DNA of 62,926 nt, counting the filler, from Octopus bimaculoides (Eukaryota), in assembly GCF_001194135.2 (NCBI RefSeq). It is 6 parts of 5 records of this genome, joined end to end, with 100 filler letters (N's around TTAATTAATTAA, not from the genome) between each part and the next. Parts side by side here need not be neighbours in the genome. Positions count along the whole stretch, not along the records: positions 25,781 to 33,280 come from NC_068981.1; positions 33,381 to 48,199 come from NC_068985.1; 4 more parts are not named here. One strand, given 5' to 3'. Below, in pieces: positions 25,681-36,434 of the stretch. Under the pieces are notes generated by a model. The model made no database searches. It had not been told where the DNA came from and saw nothing but the letters and a program-made list of their open reading frames with translations. Numbering within the stretch: the stretch's first letter is position 1; the number at the start of each line of letters is the position of its first letter. The translations under genes were made by a program, and so were the position numbers.

Positions 25681-27098
25681 NNNNNNNNNNNNNNNNNNNN
25701 NNNNNNNNNNNNNNNNNNNNNNNNTTAATTAATTAANNNNNNNNNNNNNNNNNNNNNNNNNNNNNNNNNNNNNNNNNNNNTTATGTTATGAAAAATAGGT
25801 AAAGAATACTGAGATGAAAGTTTAATCTATGACGTTGTATGTATCACTTTCTCTCTCTCCCTCTCCCTCTTTTACTTTTACTCTCTATATTTTTATGTTG
25901 AGCGCGTGTGTAAGAATGGCGTTCCAGGTAGCAGGGATGAAATATAAAAGTTGCTAGAAACAACAGCCAAATCACCCTTAAATCACACAAAGTAAACGGA
26001 ATTTAAAAAATCTAATTACTGCACTGGAAAGTTCAGATCGAGAAAATTCCATTGATGTAAAAATTTTTACGAAAAAGTGGAAAATGTGGATTTCTATAAA
26101 CATTCAAAAAGGCTTCACACAAACACACAATTTCAGATTTATATATTAAGATATAACGAATAGCTCCTGTGTACAACTCGAAGAAGTTGTATTGTATACT
26201 GTAACAATGAATATAAAGAGCCATTTCAATTAACAAATATTTTTCTTCTATTATTTGCTACATATATATCGTTATGTCACGTAAAACTCAGAGCATTACT
26301 TATAGAGTTCATGAGTTTCCTAAGACTGGATTACCAAGTTTAACTGGATGAAGTTGAGGGGCTGAGGTGGACTGGAAGTATGCGGTCAGTGACGTCACAG
26401 AAACAGCCAAGGGACCTTGCTGGAAGGAGATCTATTAAAGGAATTTGTTTCAACAAAAACAAAAAAGGAGCGAAAGAGGTCATATGAGTGGAAGGACAAC
26501 TAGCATGGACATCTTTTGCTTTGGGGCTGGCGCTTGAGACAGACGTGGTGGTCATGTGAGTTGAGAGAATTTGCTGTTAGGTCCTGGACCGAGGTTAGGC
26601 AGGTAGGGCTCCTATGGATATAACCTGGCTAGAAAGGACCCATGAGGGAGGTGAATAACGCTTCCCCACACCTACTCCACCCAAAAAAACCCACAGAAGC
26701 CAAAACAATTGACATTGAATGAGTTTAAATCGTTGGTTAATAGACAAAGGAAATTCTTAAGTGAAGTGCAAAAAGTTCTTCCAGAGATCTTCAGCTCTTG
26801 GAGTTGAATAATTTCTGAAACTGTTCAGTACAGGGCTGTAATCGATAATTAGTGTTCAATAGTGGAATAATGTTTAATGTGTCGTTATTTTGCCTGAACG
26901 AGATGACTTCTGGTTGTTTTTTGTTCCTTTAAGCTAACGGATTCCAGTCTCTTTACGACTCACAATGAAACTCATTCTCTTCAGTTTCATTTCCACAACA
27001 GATACAAAATATCAAACAAAAGAAAATCTCCAAACATTACGTACCATTTCCTTACCATTTCTTTCATATATTTTTTAATCTTTTATCTTCTTTTTCAG

Positions 27099-27208
27099 GA
27101 GATGGTTATGTGAATCAGGACGAATTCTTTGATCAATACATGAAACTGTCTTTAGAGTATGATGATACCTTGGTAACCAATTCAACGACTATAATTATTG
27201 AGGAATAA
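27099..27208 (+). CDS. Probable terminal coding exon of an EF-hand calcium-binding protein: (G/R)DGYVNQDEFFDQYMKLSLEYDDTLVTNSTTIIIEE*
   Basis: Long polypyrimidine tract ending TTTTTCAG at 27098. Phase-1 frame gives DGYVNQDEF, matching EF-loop positions 5-13 (D5,G6,V8,N9,E12,F13). Stop TAA at 27206-27208 and AATAAA at 27268-27273. Upstream exons not identified. Confidence 0.7.
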
Positions 27209-27384
27209 TCTATATGTAGTTGAAATACAGCTGGAAGAGTCCATTACTACACATTGTGTCTTCCATAAATAAATAAATGCTCAATCTACTCTTTTATTCT
27301 CTTTGCTCTTTCATCTTTCTTTGACTTTCATGTGTCCATTATCGTCATTATTATTTTTTATTACAGAAATGGTAGAGAGACAGT

Positions 27385-27560
27385 AGATTAGCAGAATCGC
27401 TAAAGCATTTTCGGTAAAATGCCTTGTGGCTTTCGTTATGTCACGGTTTCAAATCTTACTGAGGGTCAACATTGCCCTTCATTTTTTGGGTGTCGATAAA
27501 AAAAAGTATCAGTTACATACTGGAGTCGAAGTTTCGACTTACACCTTTTCCTCTAATTGC
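27385..27560 (+). mobile_element. Degenerate SINE family B
   Basis: GCAGAATCGCTA...GGTGTCGATAAAAAAAAGTATCAGTT. Confidence 0.6.
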
Positions 27561-27683
27561 TTGCTTTGTACCATAATTTGAAGCCACCAAAGGAAGCGAG
27601 CTGGTAGAATCATTAGAATATCTTCTGGCATTATTATTTCTAAATCTCTCAAAGAGAGATATTCAGTAACAGTTCTTTAAAGT

Positions 27684-27921
27684 AAAGACTATTTGCCAAC
27701 ATAATGTGGCAGTCCTGGATGGGACGAAGTTTACTGTTATTTAGCCCCAGGAAATATCGTTTCCAGCTCACTATATGACACAATATCTGGACTCCCCTGT
27801 TCAAAAATATAAGGACACAGATATTGTGTCATATAGCCAGCTGGAAACGACGTTTCCTGGGGCTAAACAACTAACATTCGTCCCATCCAGGACTGCTACA
27901 TTATGTTGGCAAATAGTCTTT
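27684..27921. mobile_element. Hairpin/fold-back MITE: ~105-bp arms, 28-bp loop
   Basis: 27684-27789 is about 90% identical by eye to the reverse complement of 27818-27921. Confidence 0.9.
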
Positions 27922-27974
27922 TATTTTCTGACATATTGGTTTCAAATTCTGGCACAAGGCCAGCAACTTCGGGG

Positions 27975-28056
27975 CGCTTGGCTGTTCCAAAACATCAGCC
28001 TCGCCATCACCCACGGCAACGCTGCAAGCGTGCTGGCGTGTCTCAATAGCCATTAG
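27975..28056 (+). mobile_element. CRE-clade (RLE) non-LTR retrotransposon C-terminal fragment
   Basis: WLFQNISLAITHGNAASVLACL resembles the conserved LFQRLSxAIQRGNAxSVL end of CRE-type ORFs. Confidence 0.6.
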
Positions 28057-28716
28057 AAAGGTTTCCCAGCGCCCCCAACTTTTTCAACGCAAGGTGGTGA
28101 ATTGTTTTGTTTTTCCCCCTTTTTTTTCTTTCTTTTTTTTCAACTGTGTTCTCTATTTTGTCCAGTTTCCTAGTTTGGTTTTGTAAAACGGTAAACACTG
28201 TGAAGGCAATGAAATACAGTCAAATATTTAACCAATTAACTGATAGATCGATTAATCGTTTGCTCAACCAATTAATCAGGTTTCGTTAGTCCTTTCGTCC
28301 CCATCAAATTGCACGTGAGTCTACGCTAATAAGTGAACGAAAACCATCACTTGATAAAAAAAAAATACTCATAAATGCAATGACCACATCATTCCACGCC
28401 GCAACACAAAAACATTCTATAAGCAATATTAGGATCATTTACAGATCCACATGTACGTGTATACCTGTGTACTGCTGATGCATACAAACCCTTCATGTGC
28501 ATCATGGCATTGAATTGCTTGATGGATGCAGTGTCAATCAGTTAATGCAACCAGAGAAAAAAAATCAGTAACTTTAGGTTAGTAAACGTATGCTGGTTGT
28601 ATGCGTTTGTAAGTGTGTGTGTTTATGTTTTGCATATATATATATGTGTGTAATATAGTGTGTGGGTAGATAAATTACGCATTCTCTTGACTGGACTAAT
28701 ATATATAGACTCATTG

Positions 28717-28780
28717 GGTACTACTAAAGCAGCGCGGANNNNNNNNNNCGCGTTCGGCTCCGCGCTGCTTTAGTAGTACC
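28717..28780. mobile_element. Probable Merlin-superfamily MITE
   Basis: Perfect 22-bp TIR GGTACTACTAAAGCAGCGCGGA (28717-28738 / 28759-28780) flanked by a 9-bp direct repeat GACTCATTG/GACTCACTG. The centre falls in a 10-N gap. Confidence 0.7.
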
Positions 28781-29599
28781 GACTCACTGTCCATTCACAA
28801 AGACATACTAACTATAGAATAAATAAATAAATAAATGTTAAACTACTCTTACCTTTCACAGAATCCACATTCGACACATACACGAGTGTGCGTACTTGCG
28901 GGGTTGCGCGCGCGCATACACACACGCGCGCGCAAACACTTTCTTTCTTCCCCCTCTCTCTCTCTTTCAAACATTCTTACTAATTCCCACATGAATATAA
29001 AATCTGTAATCTAGAAGACAGAAAGCCCTGGACTAGAGAGGGTATGTCTTTGATGAGGTCACGAATGAAGATGAAAAAACTCTGGCGAAGTTAACTGATT
29101 GATTTACCTAAGGATTAATTTTTAAAATCGATTAGTTAATTGGTTAAATGGTTAGACTTGCTGACTAATAATTCAAAAAAGTGAAACAGAAGCAGTGTGT
29201 GTAGTTGTATTGGCATTATGACCCTCCAAAGGTACCACAAAATAGTACGAAATCAGTCTTTCTAATTAACCAGATAGAGTTTCTTTAGATGTTTTCGTGT
29301 TATGTTCGTTAGTTGAATTACTGGAAAAGTAACCATCAATTTGAATCCATTCAAGTACCAATTTATTTACGGCTTCAATTTCTTTTTTTTTTCCTCTTCT
29401 TCTGTATTATCTATCTACGGTTCATAGTTGATGTAGTAATACCTATTTTTATATCAAAGCGCTTCTTTCTAATTATTTCAGCTAAACCCACCTCTCTACA
29501 GATTATAAATAAGAAGAAAGAAAAAAATACTCCCGTATATTTTTACATCATTAGTAAAATTTAAACGTATAATTTCAATCCCTCCTACAATAAAAATAA

Positions 29600-29790
29600 A
29601 CTTACGACGATAAAAGAACTTTTAATTCTTTTCTTATCAAGAAACTGAACAGCTTTTCTTTAAGAATTCTATATTTAAGCAAACATTGCGAATGAATAGA
29701 CGGTACGACGGTGACTTTACAGTATGACTACGCCCTTAACAGACAGAAGTCACATCAACATGGCGGAAATATTTCGTATTACAAGGTTAA
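29600..29790. promoter_or_regulatory. Possible divergent promoter / first-exon region
   Basis: Locally CpG-richer. CAACATGGCGGAA (Kozak-like ATG at 29760, also YY1/ETS-like) reads MAEIFRIT then AG|GTTAAA. An opposite-facing donor GTC|GTAAGT lies at 29600-29605. Confidence 0.25.
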
Positions 29791-30627
29791 AGAACGTCTT
29801 GTTACTTGTTTTTCTATTTGTCTACATTTATCGCTGTTCTCAGCAGGTTTTTAATTTCTTTTTCTGACACATTATGTTACCAATATTGAAACAAAACAAC
29901 AAACAAAAAAGCAGTCAGTTCGGATGTTATTTTAACCGCCAACATCAACCTTCGTTCTATTGTCTGAAAACCCACTCAATCTGAAGCAATGTCATCACTT
30001 ATACATTTTACTGCTTGTGTTTCCCTTATCAGAATTGTTTTCATACAAATCAAAACGAAATCGCTCAAAACATCATGAAAACAGACCCGTCTGTCTTGTC
30101 TGCTGTCTGTTCCATTTCTGGAAAAAAATTCTTCTGCCTTTACTAGATCCTCCCCCACCAGAATCAACACCGCCACCATCATCATACTCAGCGAACTTTC
30201 GCGGCTTTACCATTGCTACGGTATTGACTCACATGGAAACCAGATTCTCTCGAAACGTGTTTCAGTCTTGCTAAGTATAGTTTCACACTTAACACAGCAT
30301 ATTTCCAACTGTTTATCTTCCTGCATTCTTTCTTAGTACTTTTCATGTCTAACATTTTCTAAATGAACATCTCGACCGTCAATTTACAAGTTGTTTATAA
30401 TAATAGCATAATGGCTGATGCAAACGTCAAAACAAAAGTAGATGCCTGCCTGTTGAGGACATGGTTAGAAACAGGCTCAAGGAGTCATAACTGATTTTAG
30501 TAGACATGGATAAAATTAATCTCAAGGTGGGATAGATGAACTAAAGAAGGAATGCCCTCAAGATGTGACAGCTGTACACTGGAAGAAATAGCCTAAACTG
30601 TATTAGTTGGCTATAGTTGAGATTAGC

Positions 30628-30760
30628 AGCAATAGGCTCATGGTGTGAAAGCTGGCTATAATGGACATTTGTAGCAATAGGCTCATGGTGTGAAAGCTGG
30701 CTATAATGGACATTTGTAGCAATAGGCTCATGGTGTGAAAGCTGGCTATAATGGACATTT
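30628..30760. repeat. 45-bp minisatellite: three identical units within a degenerate array (~30450-31240)
   Basis: AGCAATAGGCTCATGGTGTGAAAGCTGGCTATAATGGACATTTGT at 30628, 30673 and 30718 (third unit 43 nt). Related units flank it and resume after 31168. Confidence 0.95.
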
Positions 30761-30764
30761 TTCT

Positions 30765-30972
30765 TTTCTATTTGTTTCAGTCATTCAACTGCAGCCTTGC
30801 TGAGGAATTTTTTCTCAGCTGTATCAACCTCAGTACTTATTGTTAAAGCCTGATACTTATTCTTTCAGTCCCTTTCGTTGAACCTCTAAGTTATGGGGAT
30901 GTAAACACTCCAGCACCAATTGTAAAGCAGTGGTGAGGGGACAAGCACAGACACAAAGACACGCACATGTAT

Positions 30973-31008
<36 letters not shown>

Positions 31009-31167
31009 GATGGGCTTCTTTCAGTTTCTGTCTACCAAATCCACTCACATGGCTTGGCCTGAGGCTATAGTGGAAGATACTTGCCCAAGATGCCACACAG
31101 TGGGACTGAACCTGGAACCAAGTGGTTGGGAGGCAAGTTTCTTACCACTCAACCTCACCTGCCCCTG
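30765..31167 (-). mobile_element. Full-length SINE family A (head, core, (TA)n, tail)
   Basis: All modules are present in inverted order. Confidence 0.9.
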
Positions 31168-31724
31168 TAGAAACAGGCTCAAGATGTGATCACTGGCTGT
31201 AGTGGACATTAGTAGAAATAAGCTCAAAGTATGATAGCTGAGGAGCACTCAGCCAGTATGCATTATAGTTCAAGAACTAGACAGTTTGAATTATCAAACA
31301 GTTGTGTGAATTTAGCTATGTAGTTCAGGGTGGGGAAAACCCCGTGAACCTATTTTATTGTGCCTGCAGGCTGGTATACTTGTATGTACAAAATATAACT
31401 TTTTCAATTATAAAATTTATACAATATTTATATGTCAATTTGTGACATAGGTCACATTTCTACTATGACTTAAAACGGTTAGAATCGAACAGAAATCATC
31501 CGGTAATTGCCATTTGAATGGAAATTTTGTTTTCTCTATAATACACATATTGTTAGGTTTGTACCACCCCCTTGAGACCCAACTACACTCTAGCTGGAAA
31601 AAATAGAATGCCTCATAGGTAATAGAAACGTCCTAAATTCAATGGCGGCGTTAATGAAGATGTTACGCGTTAATTTAATGTGTTAAACTTATCTTTATTA
31701 ATGTAAATTGAATTATACATAGGT

Positions 31725-31925
31725 ATTCTTTTATTTGTTTCAGTCACTTGACTACGGCCATGCTGGAGCACCGCCTTTAGTCAAACAAATCGACCCCAGG
31801 ACTTATTCTTTGTAAACCAAGTACTTATTCTATCGGTCTCTTTTGCTGAACCGCTAAGTTACAGGGACATAAACACACCACCATCGGTTGTCAAGCGATG
31901 GTGGGGGACAGACACACACACACAC
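31725..31925 (-). mobile_element. SINE family A tail module
   Basis: TTGTTTCAGTCACTTGACTACGGCCATGCTGGAGCACCGCCTTTAGTC... Confidence 0.85.
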
Positions 31926-32102
31926 ATATATGTCTACATGAGTTAGAGGTTAAGCAACCATCTAAGGGATAATAAATATCCAATATACTATTAGATGTAT
32001 ACCTACGTATTTATATCCAATTGCTTACTCTTGCAGAGCAATATCGCAATTGAATTCTAGGTATGAGTGGGGGTAAAACAGAAACTTACCCAGAATGTAT
32101 AA

Positions 32103-32902
32103 GGCAAATAAGAAAATGGAGAGGATAATCAATCGACAAACGTCAGCCTGTAGACATTCGTTTATATCTGTCTATTAATTGATTACAATCATATGTATAA
32201 GTCATCAAAATGAACCAATGAAATAAGCAAATAAACAAGTAAATAAATAGATAAATGAAGATAAACACATGTGGCGCGTAAAAAGCACCGTTTGAGCACG
32301 ATCGTTTCCAGCTTTGCTTTACTGGCACTCGTGCCAGTGGCATGTGAACAAAACATTGGACTGACTCCTGTGCAGGTGGCACGTAAAAAAACACCATTTG
32401 AGCATGGCTGTTGCCAATACCACCGGACTGGCTCTCGTGCCAGTGGCACGTAAAAAGCACCCACTACACTCTCGGAGTGGTTGGCATTAGGAAGGGCATC
32501 CAGCTGTAGAAACCTTGTCAAATCAGGTTAGAGCCTGGTGTAGCCATCTGGTTCACCAGTCCTCTGTCAAATCGTCCAACCCATGCTAGCATGGAAAGCG
32601 GACATTAAATGATGATGAATAAGAATGAGTGAACAAATACTAAACTCTTACAGCTGATTCTACTATGGGGTTACCCATTCTGCCAAGTTTTCCACAGAGT
32701 AGAAACAGCTTAGAGTTTTTACACTCATTTATTATTATTCATTTGTTTATTTATCTATTAATTTACTTGTTTATTTGCTTATTTCATTGGTTCATTTTGA
32801 TTACTTATACATATGATTGTAATCAATTAATAAAGAGATATAAACGAATGTCTACAGGCTGACGTTGGTCAATTGATTATCCTCTCCATTTTCTTATTTG
32901 CC
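32103..32902. mobile_element. Fold-back element with long inverted arms, interrupted by an RTE 3' end
   Basis: 32103-~32255 is about 95% identical by eye to the reverse complement of ~32750-32902. Weaker symmetry continues inward (32615-32670 vs 32690-32745). The ends sit in TA-rich flanks. Confidence 0.85.
32268..32617 (+). mobile_element. RTE-clade LINE (or RTE-tailed SINE) 3' end
   Basis: GAGTGGTTGGCATTAGGAAGGGCATCCAGCTGTAGAAAC and tail CCAACCCATGCTAGCATGGAAAGCGGACATTAAATGATGATGA, plus three GGC(A/G)CGTAAAAA sub-repeats. Confidence 0.8.
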
Positions 32903-32939
32903 GTTTATATATATATATATGTATGTATATATATATGCT

Positions 32940-33112
32940 ACTGGTAACATGTAATCCAGTACAACCTGTTGCATGGTCGGGTCGTCGGCGACTAAACTGG
33001 CAACCCCACCAGGCTTGCTTGGTGAGGAGGGTGTTGTTGGACACCCTGCAGGACGAAAAATAAGACCTGTCAAAGGGCGGATGAACTCCTGAACAGTCAA
33101 CGACCATCCAAC
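32940..33112 (+). mobile_element. Probable 5' UTR of an RTE-clade element
   Basis: GC-rich block ACTAAACTGGCAACCCCACCAGG...CCTGTCAAAGGGCGGATGAAC with four consecutive hairpins. Assignment is from recalled similarity. Confidence 0.5.
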
Positions 33113-33380
33113 AAAATGTCTGTAAATATGTATATATATATATATATATGTATGGGTGTGTATATGTGTGTGAATGTCTGTAAATATGTATATATGAATA
33201 ATTTTAATTTTATATATATACTATTTTTTATCTTTTATATTTTATTTATATATATATATTTTTTATTTTTTTATTTATTTNNNNNNNNNNNNNNNNNNNN
33301 NNNNNNNNNNNNNNNNNNNNNNNNTTAATTAATTAANNNNNNNNNNNNNNNNNNNNNNNNNNNNNNNNNNNNNNNNNNNN

Positions 33381-33449
<69 letters not shown>

Positions 33450-33450
<1 letters not shown>

Positions 33451-34060
33451 GCAGTGTGCGGTGAGGTGAATAAATTGTTGTCTAAACGACGCAAAAATGA
33501 AAATAACCCTCACATCCCATTTTAGAAGATATATTTTCCAAAATTACATAATGATATCTTGAAATACGAAAGAGTAAATTTATTCAAAAAAATCATCATT
33601 GGCTTTAACAACGGCCTCCAGACGACTTCGGATTCTCCTGCAACTCCTCTGAACTGTCTCCATGTTTAAGCTAGTGAATGCTGCCAGAATCCTTGCCTTC
33701 AGTGTATCTTTGGTGTTACAAGGAGTTGCGTTGGTATTTCGCTCAACTTCTTTCGTCCCACACATGATAATCAACAGGGTTTCAGTCTGGGGAGTTGGGT
33801 AGCCAGATGTAAGGAGTGAGGTGGTCGCAGAAATTGTCTGACAGCCATTACTGGGTTTGTATGGCATGGTGCAGACTCCTATTGTCAGAGAGCTACCCTC
33901 TTCCATCAACCATCCCCTTTACCCAGAGCAATGTAACCTCCTTTAGGCATATGATGTAAGCATCTGTGTTGAGTATGAGACCGTAAGGAAAGATGACTGG
34001 AGGCATAACGTCGCCATCACTATTAACCGCTCCAGACACACTTGGTTTCTATGTTTATAA
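33450..34060 (-). mobile_element. Tc1/mariner-superfamily transposase relic (C-terminal half) and 3' end
   Basis: SDGDVMPPVIFPYGLILNTDAYIICLKEV...SAPCHT, and VERNTNATPCNTKDTLKARILAAFTSLNMETVQRSCRRIRSRLEAVVKANDDFFE*. Confidence 0.88.
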
Positions 34061-34253
34061 GTCTGTATAGAAATTCATTGAATTGTATCCTATGCCTGTA
34101 TATTTCTATATTTTGTATGATGATCATGTTGTATAGAACCAATAAAAACGATTATACCTAGGTATAACACTGAGTTCTTATTTACTGATGATCTCCGCGA
34201 AAATTCAATCAGAAAATACTTACATACATATTCACACATGCATATGTATAGAC

Positions 34254-34295
<42 letters not shown>

Positions 34296-34615
34296 ATATA
34301 AACACATAAGGGGAATCCACTCATGGGATTCCTTACGCTAGAAGAACAGCTAGGTTCTAGAACCACAAAACTATGGATAAAATTCCGAAAGGAATGAAAT
34401 GAAAAAATAAAACTTTTACCATCTTGTTTCCTGGACCAATTAGTTTCTGACTTTAGTTTAGCAAATAGCATAATTTGCTAGGTGAAGTCGTTTTCAACAA
34501 GTATACTTTAGATTAAAATATATAAACATGAGGCAATCACTTATATGCCTCACGTTTATACATCCTAATTTTTCAAATCTACTGCGCAGGCGTAGCTTCT
34601 CCACGGCAGAAAACG

Positions 34616-34956
34616 GCGGTACTGCATTAGTGGATGAATCACAGAGGGATGATTTTCCCTTCTTGCCAGTATGAAGGCCAACCTAGCTATGTGGGTATTT
34701 TTGTATATACTTGGTGTGGGGGGGGGAGATTGGTGATTCGAGTAGAGGAAGGAATTGTAGTAATATGGGGATGGAGGTGTGTGTGGTGATGGTGGTGGTG
34801 GATTTATTTGCTATTCATTCAGCAGATTTTAAGGACGGTAGTACATTACTTTGTTTTATTTCATTCAAGACGACACTCTTCAATAAATTCTGAACCCAAC
34901 AGGTGACAAGAAGGGAAAGATATCCCTCTGTGATACATCCACTAATGCAATATCGC
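34616..34956. repeat. 53-bp imperfect inverted repeat pair around a ~235-bp spacer
   Basis: 34616-34668 vs the reverse complement of 34904-34956, about 46/53 matches. Confidence 0.85.
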
Positions 34957-35129
34957 CTGATGAAATGGATCAGTGACGATGATCAACCGGTTACCCACGG
35001 ATACTACGGACTATACTGTACGCATCCCAAGGATACGGACTTCGGTATGAAAGTCATGTGTTTTGAGGAAACGTGTGTATCGACATATTAAATATTCATA
35101 ACCCCTATCTTAGAACTATTGTTACTATA

Positions 35130-35160
<31 letters not shown>

Positions 35161-35259
35161 ATGTGTGTGTTTGTGAGTGTGTGTGTACATATATGTATAT
35201 AAATGGATGGATAGATAGATGTATTCATAAATAATAATAGATAGACAGATAAACAGACA

Positions 35260-35318
35260 GACTGATAGATAGATAGATAGATAGATAGATACATAGATAG
35301 ATAGATAGATAGATAACT

Positions 35319-35399
<81 letters not shown>

Positions 35400-35400
35400 C
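35260..35400. repeat. (GATA)n microsatellite; similar at 14950-15002, 42290-42440 and 53190-53250
   Basis: Direct inspection. Confidence 0.98.
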
Positions 35401-35717
35401 ATGTTTTTTATGCATGGTTATGGACGCATGTCTATATAAGTATTCTTTTCAATTGCACTTGTTTGAAGGATGGATTCGTAATAAATGTCAATGATATTAA
35501 TAGAAGCCAAATTTCTGTAGCACGAAGACTATAAATATGAATGTTTTAGTGGAAAGCGTGTGTGGGCGAGAGAGAGAGTGAGTGAAAGAGAGAGATAACG
35601 TGTGTGCGTGTGTGTGTGCGCACGTGTGTGTGTGTGTGTATTTCAGTTTTCAGTGTTAGGCATGCGAAAATGCTATAAAATATTTGAACCCGTGCGTGGG
35701 AGCTTATATATATGCTT

Positions 35718-35835
<118 letters not shown>

Positions 35836-36434
35836 GAATAGAAAACGGACAGTCAGATAGATAGATAAGAAATTTTTATGTACGTATGCATCTGCAAGTG
35901 AATATGTATGAATTTGTGTAATGCTCACAAGTACGATTAATTAACATTATCTATTTTTACCTATGTTCTTAAATTCCTCGTTTGGATGATGTCGGTTTTG
36001 ATGTTTTATGGAGAATTTGGAGCAATATTATACTGACTGCCTATCTCAGCACAGATCGAACACATCTATCAAAGCGTATCGTCCAAGACCTTCCAAAGAT
36101 TATATAAGAGTTATGTGGAGTATACTATGGAACTGATGTGCTCCTATTTCACATAATTTGGTTGTTTATGAAGTGAAGGAATTACATTATACAAGCTTAT
36201 CTCAACTTACGCCGATTCGATTTAGGTCTTTTTCGACTTTACGTCGATATTTTCAGAAAATTAATGTGAGAAATAAACATCCACCTTACTCGACTTATTG
36301 GTTTTTGCGTCGGTCTCAAAAAAAAAACATGTTTAAACTAATAAAAACTAAAACAAAAGTTAAAAGGCCAATTGTAAAATGAAGAAACAAATAAAATACT
36401 TATGAAAATATATACAAACCATTAAAACAGATAT

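Noticed and set aside
30628-30760. CRISPR-like regular repeat
   Set aside because: Units are directly adjacent with no spacers, and the context is eukaryotic.
34590-34668. Plus-strand exon candidate (RSFSTAENGGTALVDESQRDDFPFLP)
   Set aside because: Most of it is one arm of the 53-bp inverted repeat, so a repeat origin is simpler.
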